This document shows positions 18,601 to 26,652 of a stretch of DNA of 64,000 bases, in pieces; the first letter of the stretch is position 1, and each line of letters opens with the position of its first letter. A program made the position numbers and the translations under genes. The stretch is from Candidatus Poribacteria bacterium (GTDB lineage Bacteria > Poribacteria > WGA-4E > GCA-2687025). The stretch lies in the NCBI GenBank assembly GCA_963665845.2, contig OY762492.1, positions 3,520,001-3,584,000 on the forward strand, written 5' to 3'. Below the pieces are notes generated by a model. That model saw only the letters and a program-made list of their open reading frames with translations, did no database searches and was not told the DNA's origin.

Positions 18601-21600
18601 TTTCTTCCCCGCCTCCAAACGGTTTTGGGCGGTACGCCGGCAGCTCTTCGGGCATTCCGCGCTGCCTTGTTTCATCCACCCTGCAGATTTCTTTGTATTG
18701 ACAGTACGCGCAGCCGGCGTCGACCGGTTTGATGATCGTCGGGTGAAACCGCCCCGCTCGGATATGCGCGTCGATTTCGGCGATGCGCGTGCGCGTGAAC
18801 AGCAGCAACCCGCTAAACTCATCTGACTGCATCATGCCTGAACGCCGGCTGGAGCCGCCCTCTAAGAGCGCGCCGACCGGCTCCTGCCCGCCGACGTCGC
18901 GCGGGTCGCCCGCTGAATAGTACGCGCCGCCGACCGGCTCCGCGCACTCTCTATGTCCAGACGCCGCCATCATATACAGGGGCAGTTGAAAATGCAGCCC
19001 CTCCAGCGTCAAGCGCGCTCTTGGCAGCCGCCCCGTTTTGTAGTCGTACACCGTAAACTCGCCCGTTTCAGGATGCTTATCGATTCGGTCGATGACGCCG
19101 CGTATGCGCATCGGCTCCATCTGACCGCGCTCAATTTCAACATACGGGAAATCAGGCTCTTTTGACAACCATGGCGCCTCGCCGAAGATCGCCTCGACAA
19201 AATGCCCGCGGTCAAAATGCTTCCCGAATTTAAAATGGCCGCCGTCCATCTCCGCGTCAATAAACCGGCGGAGAACCCCCTTCGGCTCCGTGTCGTCAAG
19301 GAGTCCACTCAACAGACCGCGCCGCCGCTCCTGCCAGTACAGGTTGCGGAAAAGAGCGTCGTACGGCCGGACGCAGTCCAGGGCGTGGCGATGCAGCTGC
19401 GTCCGAAGCCTCCGCTGCGCTTCATCGTCCATGTTCTCCGCGCGCCCCGGCCATGAGCGAAAAAAGCGCTCCAGTATCTGATGGATCAGCTTGCCGTAGG
19501 TCATCGAGTCGACGTCGGAATCGTCCTGATCCTCGCCTTGCAAACGCAAAACGCTTGCGAAGAAGTAGCGCATTGGGCAGCTCGCGTACATCTCCAGGCG
19601 GTAAGCGCTGTAAGGTTCCAGGGCGGCGCTGAGCAGCAGTTCGAGAGCCGCCGGGTTTTCGGTTACATGCCCGTCATGGACGCTCCATTCTTGGCGCGAG
19701 TGGCGCAGCCGCTCCTGTTCAATGAGGCGGGGGGCGTTGCTCTGCGGGAGGCGCAGCCGCTCATGCCCTTCCGCGTTCGCCTGTTTTCCCATTGCGATGA
19801 GGGCGTCGCGCGCGCAGAGAATCTTGGCGCGCTCATGCTCTTGAAGCGGGTCGATTTCGTCCTCCGCCTCTTCAAACAGCGCGAGCGCGTCGTCAATGAA
19901 AGGGGAGGGTTCCATTCGCTTTCCGCGTTCTCGGCGCGGATAAGTTAAGACGGCGGAGTCGGAGTTGAGCAGCGTCTGTTGAAAGAAAAAGCGGTCGGAG
20001 AGCGGCGCGCTCATTCGATCCGAAAATCGATGGACGCTGGACGGAGCCGGCGCTTCGCCTTCCGCTAGACCCAGTATAAACAGCGTGTCGAACGACAAGC
20101 CCGCCGCGTCTCGAAAGGAGAGAACCGAGACCGCGTTCATCGTTTGCGCCGAGTCGGCCGTTCGGCTCGGATCAGCTAAAGACTGCGCCAGGAAATCCGC
20201 ATACGCGCCCGCTTTGAACTCATTTCTGTCGACATCTCTGAAGACGCGGACCGCCTCGTTCATGAGGTTGTTGAAGGCTGACCATGCGCTGCGCTCCTTC
20301 GGGGCGTTTGCCGGCAAGCCGTAATCTCGGAAGAGTTGATGGAGGGCGTTGCGGGCGTCGTCGGGGTTATCGGCGTCTGAAAACGCCTGCGCCTTTTCAA
20401 CAAAACGTTCGATCTCGCTTAAATCGAAAGCGAGCTTGCGCAGTTTATCCTGGGAAATCGACTCCTCCTGTTCAAAAAAGTCGATCTCGTCGCGCGGCGC
20501 GTCGGTTAAAGACTGCTTGATGTCTTCCATCCATTTGTCGGCGTTGAACGGCGCGATGTAGAGGCCGGCGGCGCGCGCCTGCTGCGCGATGTCCCGCATA
20601 GAGAAACGGGTTCGGCGGTCGGGCATGTCGACGTCAACGCCTAGAAGCCTGGACGCCGCTTCGGATAGATCCTCTGAATGGGCGATTTCGGCGCGGGTCA
20701 GTACCTCGGACAGATCCTCGAGGTCCCATTGCTCCGAGAAGCCTTCCCCGCGCAGTTTTAAAGCGATCCGTTCTAGGAGCGTGTGCGCGAACCGTATCGC
20801 GGCAAATTGAAGGAGCGGCGCGCCGCGGCTAAAACGGGTCGGCAAGCCGTAGGACGCAAACTCGGACGCCGCCAAATCTTGATACAAGCGGAGAGACGGC
20901 GCCGCAACCGCGAAGCGCGTAAAATCTGCTTCGTCGGGGGAGGCGTTCCCTAGTTCCAGACGTATCAAACGGGCGGCTGTGCGCGCTTCATCGCGTCGGC
21001 TGGCGCAGCTCAACACGCGGAATCTGCCGTTTCCGTCGGAGGCTTCAACGCGCGCGTTTCGTTGAAAGACAGCGGCGCCGACCCGCTGCGTCAAGCTTTT
21101 TTCGCCCGACGGCGCGTTCAACTCCTCCGCCCCTAAGTCTACATGCCATTGGCGCAGCTCTTCGGTCTCTCGGCTAAGAGGAAGCGTCGCGGCAGCCGCT
21201 TCAAAGAAGGGCAACAGCGACTTGATGAGCCGTCGGTCTAAAGCGCGCAGACGGGTGAATTCATCCAACACAAGCGCCTTGGCGCGAACAGGCGCGTCGG
21301 TTCCGATATGAGCGGCGACGGAGCGCGAATCCCATAAACTTAACTGCTCCAGCGTCTCATCGTAAATATCGGCGAAGCGGGACAGGTCATGAAACGGGTC
21401 GGCATCCCCGCCGCCCATGTCGTAGAGCATATACAGCGCCTGCTTTGCAAAGTTGCGCGTTGCCGGCTCGCCGTCAAAGAGGCTCCGCTGCTGGATCAAC
21501 TTTTGGGCAAGGCTCGTTCGCGCGCTTTCGGGGATCCACCGCCGGCGCGAAGACATGCTCAAGGCGCATTCGTAGAGAAACGAGTCGACCGTCCTTACCT

Positions 21601-21793
21601 GCGGCGACCAGACGCGCCCATTAAAAGAGCGGTCGACCGCCGACTTTAAAGCCTCGCCTCTCTCCCGGCTTGGCGCCAGAAGCAGCGCGTCCAGCTGCAT
21701 GGAAGCGGGATGCTTATACCGCTCAAGCCATTTCATTAAGGCGCGCTGACGGTCGCGCTGTCGATCCGCTGTGATGAGAAGCAGGCGGTTCAT
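18590..21793 (-). CDS. addB: AddB-like subunit with PD-(D/E)XK nuclease and Fe-S cysteines
   Basis: YSAYRLEMYASCPMRYF, RGVIDRID...YDYKTG, FQLPLY and C.YCQY..IC. Confidence 0.85.
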   Translation of the reverse strand: MNRLLLITADRQRDRQRALMKWLERYKHPASMQLDALLLAPSRERGEALKSAVDRSFNGRVWSPQVRTVDSFLYECALSMSSRRRWIPESARTSLAQKLIQQRSLFDGEPATRNFAKQALYMLYDMGGGDADPFHDLSRFADIYDETLEQLSLWDSRSVAAHIGTDAPVRAKALVLDEFTRLRALDRRLIKSLLPFFEAAAATLPLSRETEELRQWHVDLGAEELNAPSGEKSLTQRVGAAVFQRNARVEASDGNGRFRVLSCASRRDEARTAARLIRLELGNASPDEADFTRFAVAAPSLRLYQDLAASEFASYGLPTRFSRGAPLLQFAAIRFAHTLLERIALKLRGEGFSEQWDLEDLSEVLTRAEIAHSEDLSEAASRLLGVDVDMPDRRTRFSMRDIAQQARAAGLYIAPFNADKWMEDIKQSLTDAPRDEIDFFEQEESISQDKLRKLAFDLSEIERFVEKAQAFSDADNPDDARNALHQLFRDYGLPANAPKERSAWSAFNNLMNEAVRVFRDVDRNEFKAGAYADFLAQSLADPSRTADSAQTMNAVSVLSFRDAAGLSFDTLFILGLAEGEAPAPSSVHRFSDRMSAPLSDRFFFQQTLLNSDSAVLTYPRRERGKRMEPSPFIDDALALFEEAEDEIDPLQEHERAKILCARDALIAMGKQANAEGHERLRLPQSNAPRLIEQERLRHSRQEWSVHDGHVTENPAALELLLSAALEPYSAYRLEMYASCPMRYFFASVLRLQGEDQDDSDVDSMTYGKLIHQILERFFRSWPGRAENMDDEAQRRLRTQLHRHALDCVRPYDALFRNLYWQERRRGLLSGLLDDTEPKGVLRRFIDAEMDGGHFKFGKHFDRGHFVEAIFGEAPWLSKEPDFPYVEIERGQMEPMRIRGVIDRIDKHPETGEFTVYDYKTGRLPRARLTLEGLHFQLPLYMMAASGHRECAEPVGGAYYSAGDPRDVGGQEPVGALLEGGSSRRSGMMQSDEFSGLLLFTRTRIAEIDAHIRAGRFHPTIIKPVDAGCAYCQYKEICRVDETRQRGMPEELPAYRPKPFGGGEENGG

Positions 21794-21811
21794 GTGAACG
21801 CTCCTTTTCGT

Positions 21812-22945
21812 CTATCGCCGGACGCCGCGGAACAGAAGTACCGAAGCGCCCGCAAACAGTATATTCGCAAGCCAGGCTGCAAGCATCGGAGGCAGCCGCC
21901 CGTTTTCGCCCATCGCCTCAAAAGTGGCGCTCGCCAAGCCCCAGTAAATGAAGCTGATGAGCAGCGTGGCGGGAAAGCCGATCGATACCGCGAACCGCCC
22001 AAAAAGCAGCGACAACGGAAGACTCAACATAACGCCGACCAGCAGCGTGAACGAGTACGCGATGTTGTGATGAAACTGCACCTCCTCAGCGAGCGAGGAG
22101 AAACCGATGCGCCGTTTGAAATCGGCGACGCGGCGCAGTTCGGCGAAGGTCAGCTCCTCCGGCTTGGAGGAGGAGGCGAGCAGCGTGCGCGGGTCGGCGT
22201 CCAGAACGCGCTCCTGGCGGTCAAACGGTTCAAACTTGGCGACGCCGCCGCCGCTGTATTCGCGCGTCCATCCGAAGCTCAAGAACCATTTTTGGTCGTC
22301 CCAGCGCGCCTGTTTTGCATAGATTTGGCGGGTCGGTTTGCCGTTTTCGAATTCAAAAAAGGTGAGGTTTCGGGCGATTTTGTGCGTGACGGTCAGGCTT
22401 TGGATGAAGGCGAGAGCGCCTGTTTTTTCGCGGTAGACAACCTCGCGCGCCTGCGTCGCCGTCGGTTGCATCGGGTCGATTTCGGCGGCGAGGCGGGTAC
22501 TTGGCGCCAGGATCTTGTCCGTAAAAAGAAGCGAAATGACGCAGACGGCGCATGTGAAAAGGCAGATCGGAACCGCCAAGCGGGTTAGGTTGAAACCAAG
22601 CGCGCGGAACGCGGTCAGCTCGTTGGAGCGTATCAGGCTGCCGGCGGTAAAGAAGCATGCCAAGATGCCCGAACCTGGGATCACCTCCATGACGCGCGGC
22701 GGCGATTTATACAAAAACAGAAGCCACGCCTGCTTCGCCGACCCCGCCGCTTTCATATGGTCAAGCTCCTTGTCGAACAGGCGCACAATCAGAATGAGGC
22801 AGACCCACATCAGAAAGCAGAGCAGGAACGAAACGGCAAATTTTTGAAGCGCATACCGGTCGCGCAGCGGCATCGGCAGCTTCCACACGGCGAGCGCCAG
22901 CAACGCGCACGGCAACAGAACATAAACGGCAAGGTCGAAGATCAT
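21812..22945 (-). CDS. lptG: LptF/LptG permease (LptG-like)
   Basis: DRY...F, L.RSNELTAFRALG, A..ARWD..W and P.LAAWLANILF. ATGA overlap with the upstream gene. Confidence 0.8.
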   Translation of the reverse strand: MIFDLAVYVLLPCALLALAVWKLPMPLRDRYALQKFAVSFLLCFLMWVCLILIVRLFDKELDHMKAAGSAKQAWLLFLYKSPPRVMEVIPGSGILACFFTAGSLIRSNELTAFRALGFNLTRLAVPICLFTCAVCVISLLFTDKILAPSTRLAAEIDPMQPTATQAREVVYREKTGALAFIQSLTVTHKIARNLTFFEFENGKPTRQIYAKQARWDDQKWFLSFGWTREYSGGGVAKFEPFDRQERVLDADPRTLLASSSKPEELTFAELRRVADFKRRIGFSSLAEEVQFHHNIAYSFTLLVGVMLSLPLSLLFGRFAVSIGFPATLLISFIYWGLASATFEAMGENGRLPPMLAAWLANILFAGASVLLFRGVRR

Positions 22946-24141
22946 CGCCGCGCCATCCGTATCGTGAGATAGATTCCGATTGCAAGCGGGGGAAGGTTCG
23001 GCAGCCAGACGCCCAAGCCCGCGCCGAGCCATGGCGATTCAAACAGCGGTCCGAGCATCGACCCGCCCCCGCCCTGCGACGCGCCGAGAAGCATGCCGAT
23101 GTCTTCGCCCGCGCGCAGCATGACATAATAGACGATGATGAGCGGAAGGCCGATCGCCAGCCCCGCCATGAAACCGCTTCGGCGCGTCAACGCCCCAAGC
23201 GGAATACTGACAAGCGCAAACGCGAGACATGCAAACGGGATCGACAGCTTTTTATGCCACTCGATCCATGCTCTATAGATGGAGGAGCGGAGGTACATAG
23301 AGGTGTAGTCGGAGGGGGATTCTTCCAGCCGTTTTTCCAGTTTCCCGACTTCGTTCAGGATGTCGCCCATACGCATCGCGCGGAAGCTGGTGGAGCGGAA
23401 GGTAGCCCCTCTTGTGTCGTCCTCCATCGGCAAAAAGATGGCCTGCCGGTCGAAGGTTCTCCATGCGGCGGTTTCAGGCTGGTCTTTGTCGCCCTGCTCG
23501 TAGGTTGAGCCGTTGTAAAGGGCGAGGACGGAGCGTCCGTTTGCGGTTTCTAAGGCGCCTTCTTCGGCGACGCTGAAGGTCGGAATGCCTTTTTCGTACG
23601 ACTGCCAGACGCGCACATCTTCAAGCCGCCCCGTTTTCAGATTGTCGCGTTCATACATCCAGAGTATCTTTTCTCGTTCAAAGGTGCGCATGACGGAGCC
23701 TTCCGTCAAGATAAGCGTCGGGTACTGACGGCTAATCTCCCAGCGCAGATGCGAAAATTGGCGGTTGCCCCATGGGAGCGCCAGCTCCATGACGCAGAAA
23801 TCGACCGCAAAGAAAAACAGACCCATGCAGAGCGCAAACGGAGCCAGCTGATGTACGCCGATTCCGCTCGCCTTCATGGCGGTGATTTCGCCTGAAAAAG
23901 AGAGCTGACCCAGCGCCATGAGCATGCCCGCCAGGACCGAGATCGGCATCGTCAGCGCGAGAACGGACGGAAGCGCGTAAAACACCAGCTCCGCCATATG
24001 CCAGAGCGAGACATCCTTCTGCACAAATTGCCGCGTCAGCAGAAACACCTGACGCAGAATCAATATCGTAGTGGACGCCGACAGCATGAGCGAGAAATAG
24101 AGCAGGAACTCTGCCGCAACGTAACGTATGATTAGGCGCAC
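22942..24141 (-). CDS. lptF: LptF/LptG permease (LptF-like)
   Basis: IIRYV..E, LP..L.LT.P, GEITAMKASGI, EWHKKLSIPF and WLPN. Confidence 0.85.
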   Translation of the reverse strand: MRLIIRYVAAEFLLYFSLMLSASTTILILRQVFLLTRQFVQKDVSLWHMAELVFYALPSVLALTMPISVLAGMLMALGQLSFSGEITAMKASGIGVHQLAPFALCMGLFFFAVDFCVMELALPWGNRQFSHLRWEISRQYPTLILTEGSVMRTFEREKILWMYERDNLKTGRLEDVRVWQSYEKGIPTFSVAEEGALETANGRSVLALYNGSTYEQGDKDQPETAAWRTFDRQAIFLPMEDDTRGATFRSTSFRAMRMGDILNEVGKLEKRLEESPSDYTSMYLRSSIYRAWIEWHKKLSIPFACLAFALVSIPLGALTRRSGFMAGLAIGLPLIIVYYVMLRAGEDIGMLLGASQGGGGSMLGPLFESPWLGAGLGVWLPNLPPLAIGIYLTIRMARR

Positions 24142-24195
24142 GACGCTCTCAAGAACAGCCTCCTATATGCGATCGGTTCATATGCGCGCCTTTGT

Positions 24196-24951
24196 TCACA
24201 CTGGAAATTCGGCGTTGCCGGCGGTCAATCCGCCGTCGATGACAAATGCGGCGCCGGTCGCAAACGAGGATTCGTCCGACGCCAAGAACAACGCGCAGTT
24301 GGCGATGTCGTTCGGCTTGCCCAGCCTTCCGAGCGGATAGAAGCGGACGATCTCGTCCCAGATGGCGGGGTTGCGCTCCAGCATCGGTTTCCATATCTCC
24401 GTCTGAACGGTGCCGGGGCAGATCGCGTTGACGCGGATGCCATGCTTCCCCTGCTCAACCGCGAGCGAACGGGTGAACGCGACAACCCCGCCCTTCATGG
24501 CGCTGTAAATATGCAGCCCCTGCAGCCCGAAGATGCCGTTCACCGAGGCGATGTTGATGATGCTGCCGCCGCGGTCTTGCATCGCGCCGACGGCGGCCAT
24601 GGAGCAGCGGTACACGCCGCGCAGGATCACTTCGGACTGCGCCTCCCATTCATGCGCCAGCACCTGCTCGGTTCCGCAGACGGCGTTGTTGACGAGAATG
24701 TCCAGCTGTCCGTACTGTTCAAGCGCGAAGTCGAACAGCCGGCGCACTTGCTCTTCACTTGTCACGTCCGCTTTGAAAAAGGCCGCGTCGCCGCCGGCTT
24801 GGCGCGCTTCGGCGGCTGCCGCTTCGCCCCGTTCCGCGTTCAGATCGTCGATGACCACCTTGGCGCCTTCTTGGGCGAAGCGGAGCGCCGCCGCTTTGCC
24901 GATTCCCCGCGCGGCTCCCGTGACGATGGCTGTTTTGCCTTTTAAGCGCAT
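24196..24951 (-). CDS. Short-chain dehydrogenase/reductase
   Basis: TGAARGIG, NNA, YSAMK and IRVNAICPG. Confidence 0.92.
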   Translation of the reverse strand: MRLKGKTAIVTGAARGIGKAAALRFAQEGAKVVIDDLNAERGEAAAAEARQAGGDAAFFKADVTSEEQVRRLFDFALEQYGQLDILVNNAVCGTEQVLAHEWEAQSEVILRGVYRCSMAAVGAMQDRGGSIINIASVNGIFGLQGLHIYSAMKGGVVAFTRSLAVEQGKHGIRVNAICPGTVQTEIWKPMLERNPAIWDEIVRFYPLGRLGKPNDIANCALFLASDESSFATGAAFVIDGGLTAGNAEFPV

Positions 24952-24963
24952 CTGATTCCCGCG

Positions 24964-25386
24964 TCAATGGGTTTGAAAAAACTCGATCACTTCGCCGCTC
25001 GGTCCGATGAAGAAGGAGATCGTGACCTTCAACGCGCCGAGATCGACATCGGTCGGCTCCATCGTCACCTTGCAGCCGGCTTTGCGGACGCGCTCGGTGG
25101 CGGCTCTCGCGTCGGTCGTCGCTAAAGCAAAGTGTATCACCGGATCGTTGACGGCATCGTCCCCTTCTGAAGGAGTCGCGCCGGTGGGCTGAAACAGCTC
25201 AATATGGCTTCCGTCGCCGGCGTCCAGCAAGACGATCTTGCGTTCAGGCGTTCCGAATTCGGCGACCAGTTTCATTCCCAGGACGTCTTGATAAAACGCC
25301 ATGGACTTGTCCCAGTCGCGCGTCTGGACAGCGATATGGTGCGTTCCGCAGCCCGGTATCGCTTCGTTCCGTGTTCCGACAGGCAT
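24964..25386 (-). CDS. VOC/glyoxalase family protein
   Basis: HHIAV...D...S..FY.DVLG, IELF, HFAL and GPSGEVIEF. Confidence 0.88.
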   Translation of the reverse strand: MPVGTRNEAIPGCGTHHIAVQTRDWDKSMAFYQDVLGMKLVAEFGTPERKIVLLDAGDGSHIELFQPTGATPSEGDDAVNDPVIHFALATTDARAATERVRKAGCKVTMEPTDVDLGALKVTISFFIGPSGEVIEFFQTH

Positions 25387-25441
25387 CTTTCATGTCTCCA
25401 ATCTTGAACGCGCCCGTTTGGGGCTTCTTTTTATGTTACCG

Positions 25442-26227
25442 CTATTTTCCTTCTAAAGCCTTGCGCATTTCGTCTCCGTTGCGGGTCCACCAGCTGCGCA
25501 GGATCGCAAAATCGCTGCTGAGGTTGAAATGGCGCACGCCGATGTCGAGCCACCGCTTGGCGTCGTCGGGGGAGCCGATCTCGGCGCGGGGAGGGATTCC
25601 CGCCGCGATAGCCGAGCTGAAAACGCGCTCCTGCGCTTTCACAACCTCCGCGGCGCCGCTCTTACCGATAAGCCCAACGCTCATCGAATAATCGGAGCCG
25701 CCCCATTGAATCATATCCAGCCCTGGCAGCTCCAGAATCGCGTCCAGCTGTTCGACGGCGCCTTTCTTTTCGATCATGAGAACGACGACGATGTCGCGCA
25801 CCATCTGGGCGTAATCTTTTCCGCCGTAACCCATGTAGGTGAACCGCCGGGCGACGGAGCCGAAGGTTCCGCCGTCTTCAGGCGTGTCGGGGCGGACGGA
25901 GCGGATGCATTCCTGGGCGTCTTCAACGGATCGGCAGTCGGCAAACAGGACGCTCTGAAAGCCGGAGCCGACGGCGCGCTGCGCCAGGTATCCGCGCGAT
26001 TCCGCCTCAACTTTGATCATGAGGTCGATGTTGTGGACGTCGGCGGCGCGCGCCAGGTTGTCCAGGTCATGGGCGGTGTAGGGGGCGTATTCCCCTAAAA
26101 ACTCGACATAATCGTACATTCCCGACCGCGCCGCCAGCTCTATGACCGACGGCCAGGGGGAATTGACGCGGGTGCCTAAGGAGGGGGCATTCTCCTGCAG
26201 CAACTGACGAAGCCTGTTTTGACGCAT
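25442..26227 (-). CDS. HpcH/HpaI family class II aldolase
   Basis: N.LRQ.L, YDYVEF.GEY, MIEK..AVEQLD.IL..PG.D and G.SDYSMS. Confidence 0.88.
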   Translation of the reverse strand: MRQNRLRQLLQENAPSLGTRVNSPWPSVIELAARSGMYDYVEFLGEYAPYTAHDLDNLARAADVHNIDLMIKVEAESRGYLAQRAVGSGFQSVLFADCRSVEDAQECIRSVRPDTPEDGGTFGSVARRFTYMGYGGKDYAQMVRDIVVVLMIEKKGAVEQLDAILELPGLDMIQWGGSDYSMSVGLIGKSGAAEVVKAQERVFSSAIAAGIPPRAEIGSPDDAKRWLDIGVRHFNLSSDFAILRSWWTRNGDEMRKALEGK

Positions 26228-26325
26228 CGCGCGCTCCTTTCAGGAACGTATCATTGCAGTTTACGGCGGAAACGGCAAGCTGTTTCTTGGCGGGCATTCT
26301 TTACGGACGGCGATAGCGGTAAAAC

Positions 26326-26540
26326 GCGCGGGAATCTAGAGGCGCCGCAGAAGCCGCCTGCGTTCAACTCTCGGCGCCAACCTGCTGCCGTCTGAACTAG
26401 GATTTCCAAGATTGAAAAGATTGCCAAGAAATACCCGTGAGCCGCTGTCTTGGCAATCTTAATCATCCTTCAATCCTAGTTCAAAACCAAGCGCAGCCCG
26501 GACGCTCAAACCCCCCAGCCCCTCTTTTCAAGGGGGAGTC
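26326..26540 (-). repeat. Composite repeat: REP half, ~100-bp long palindrome and hairpin unit
   Basis: GTCTGAACTAGGATT...AAGATTGCCAAGA...TCTTGGCAATCTT...AATCCTAGTTCAAAAC (26390-26487). It is an inverted copy of the element at 30865-31015. Confidence 0.85.
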
Positions 26541-26586
26541 TAGAAACCCGCGCCCTACCTGCTGTCGTCAGGTTAGCCCATTACGC

Positions 26587-26615
26587 TTGACATCTCCCGC
26601 CGGCGCCTTTACAAT
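26587..26615 (+). promoter_or_regulatory. Sigma70-type promoter TTGACA-17-TACAAT
   Basis: TTGACA 26587-26592 and TACAAT 26610-26615, upstream of ATG 26653. Confidence 0.7.
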
Positions 26616-26652
26616 GCGTTTCAAACAGCGCGAAGGCGGGAGTCTGGTTTAT

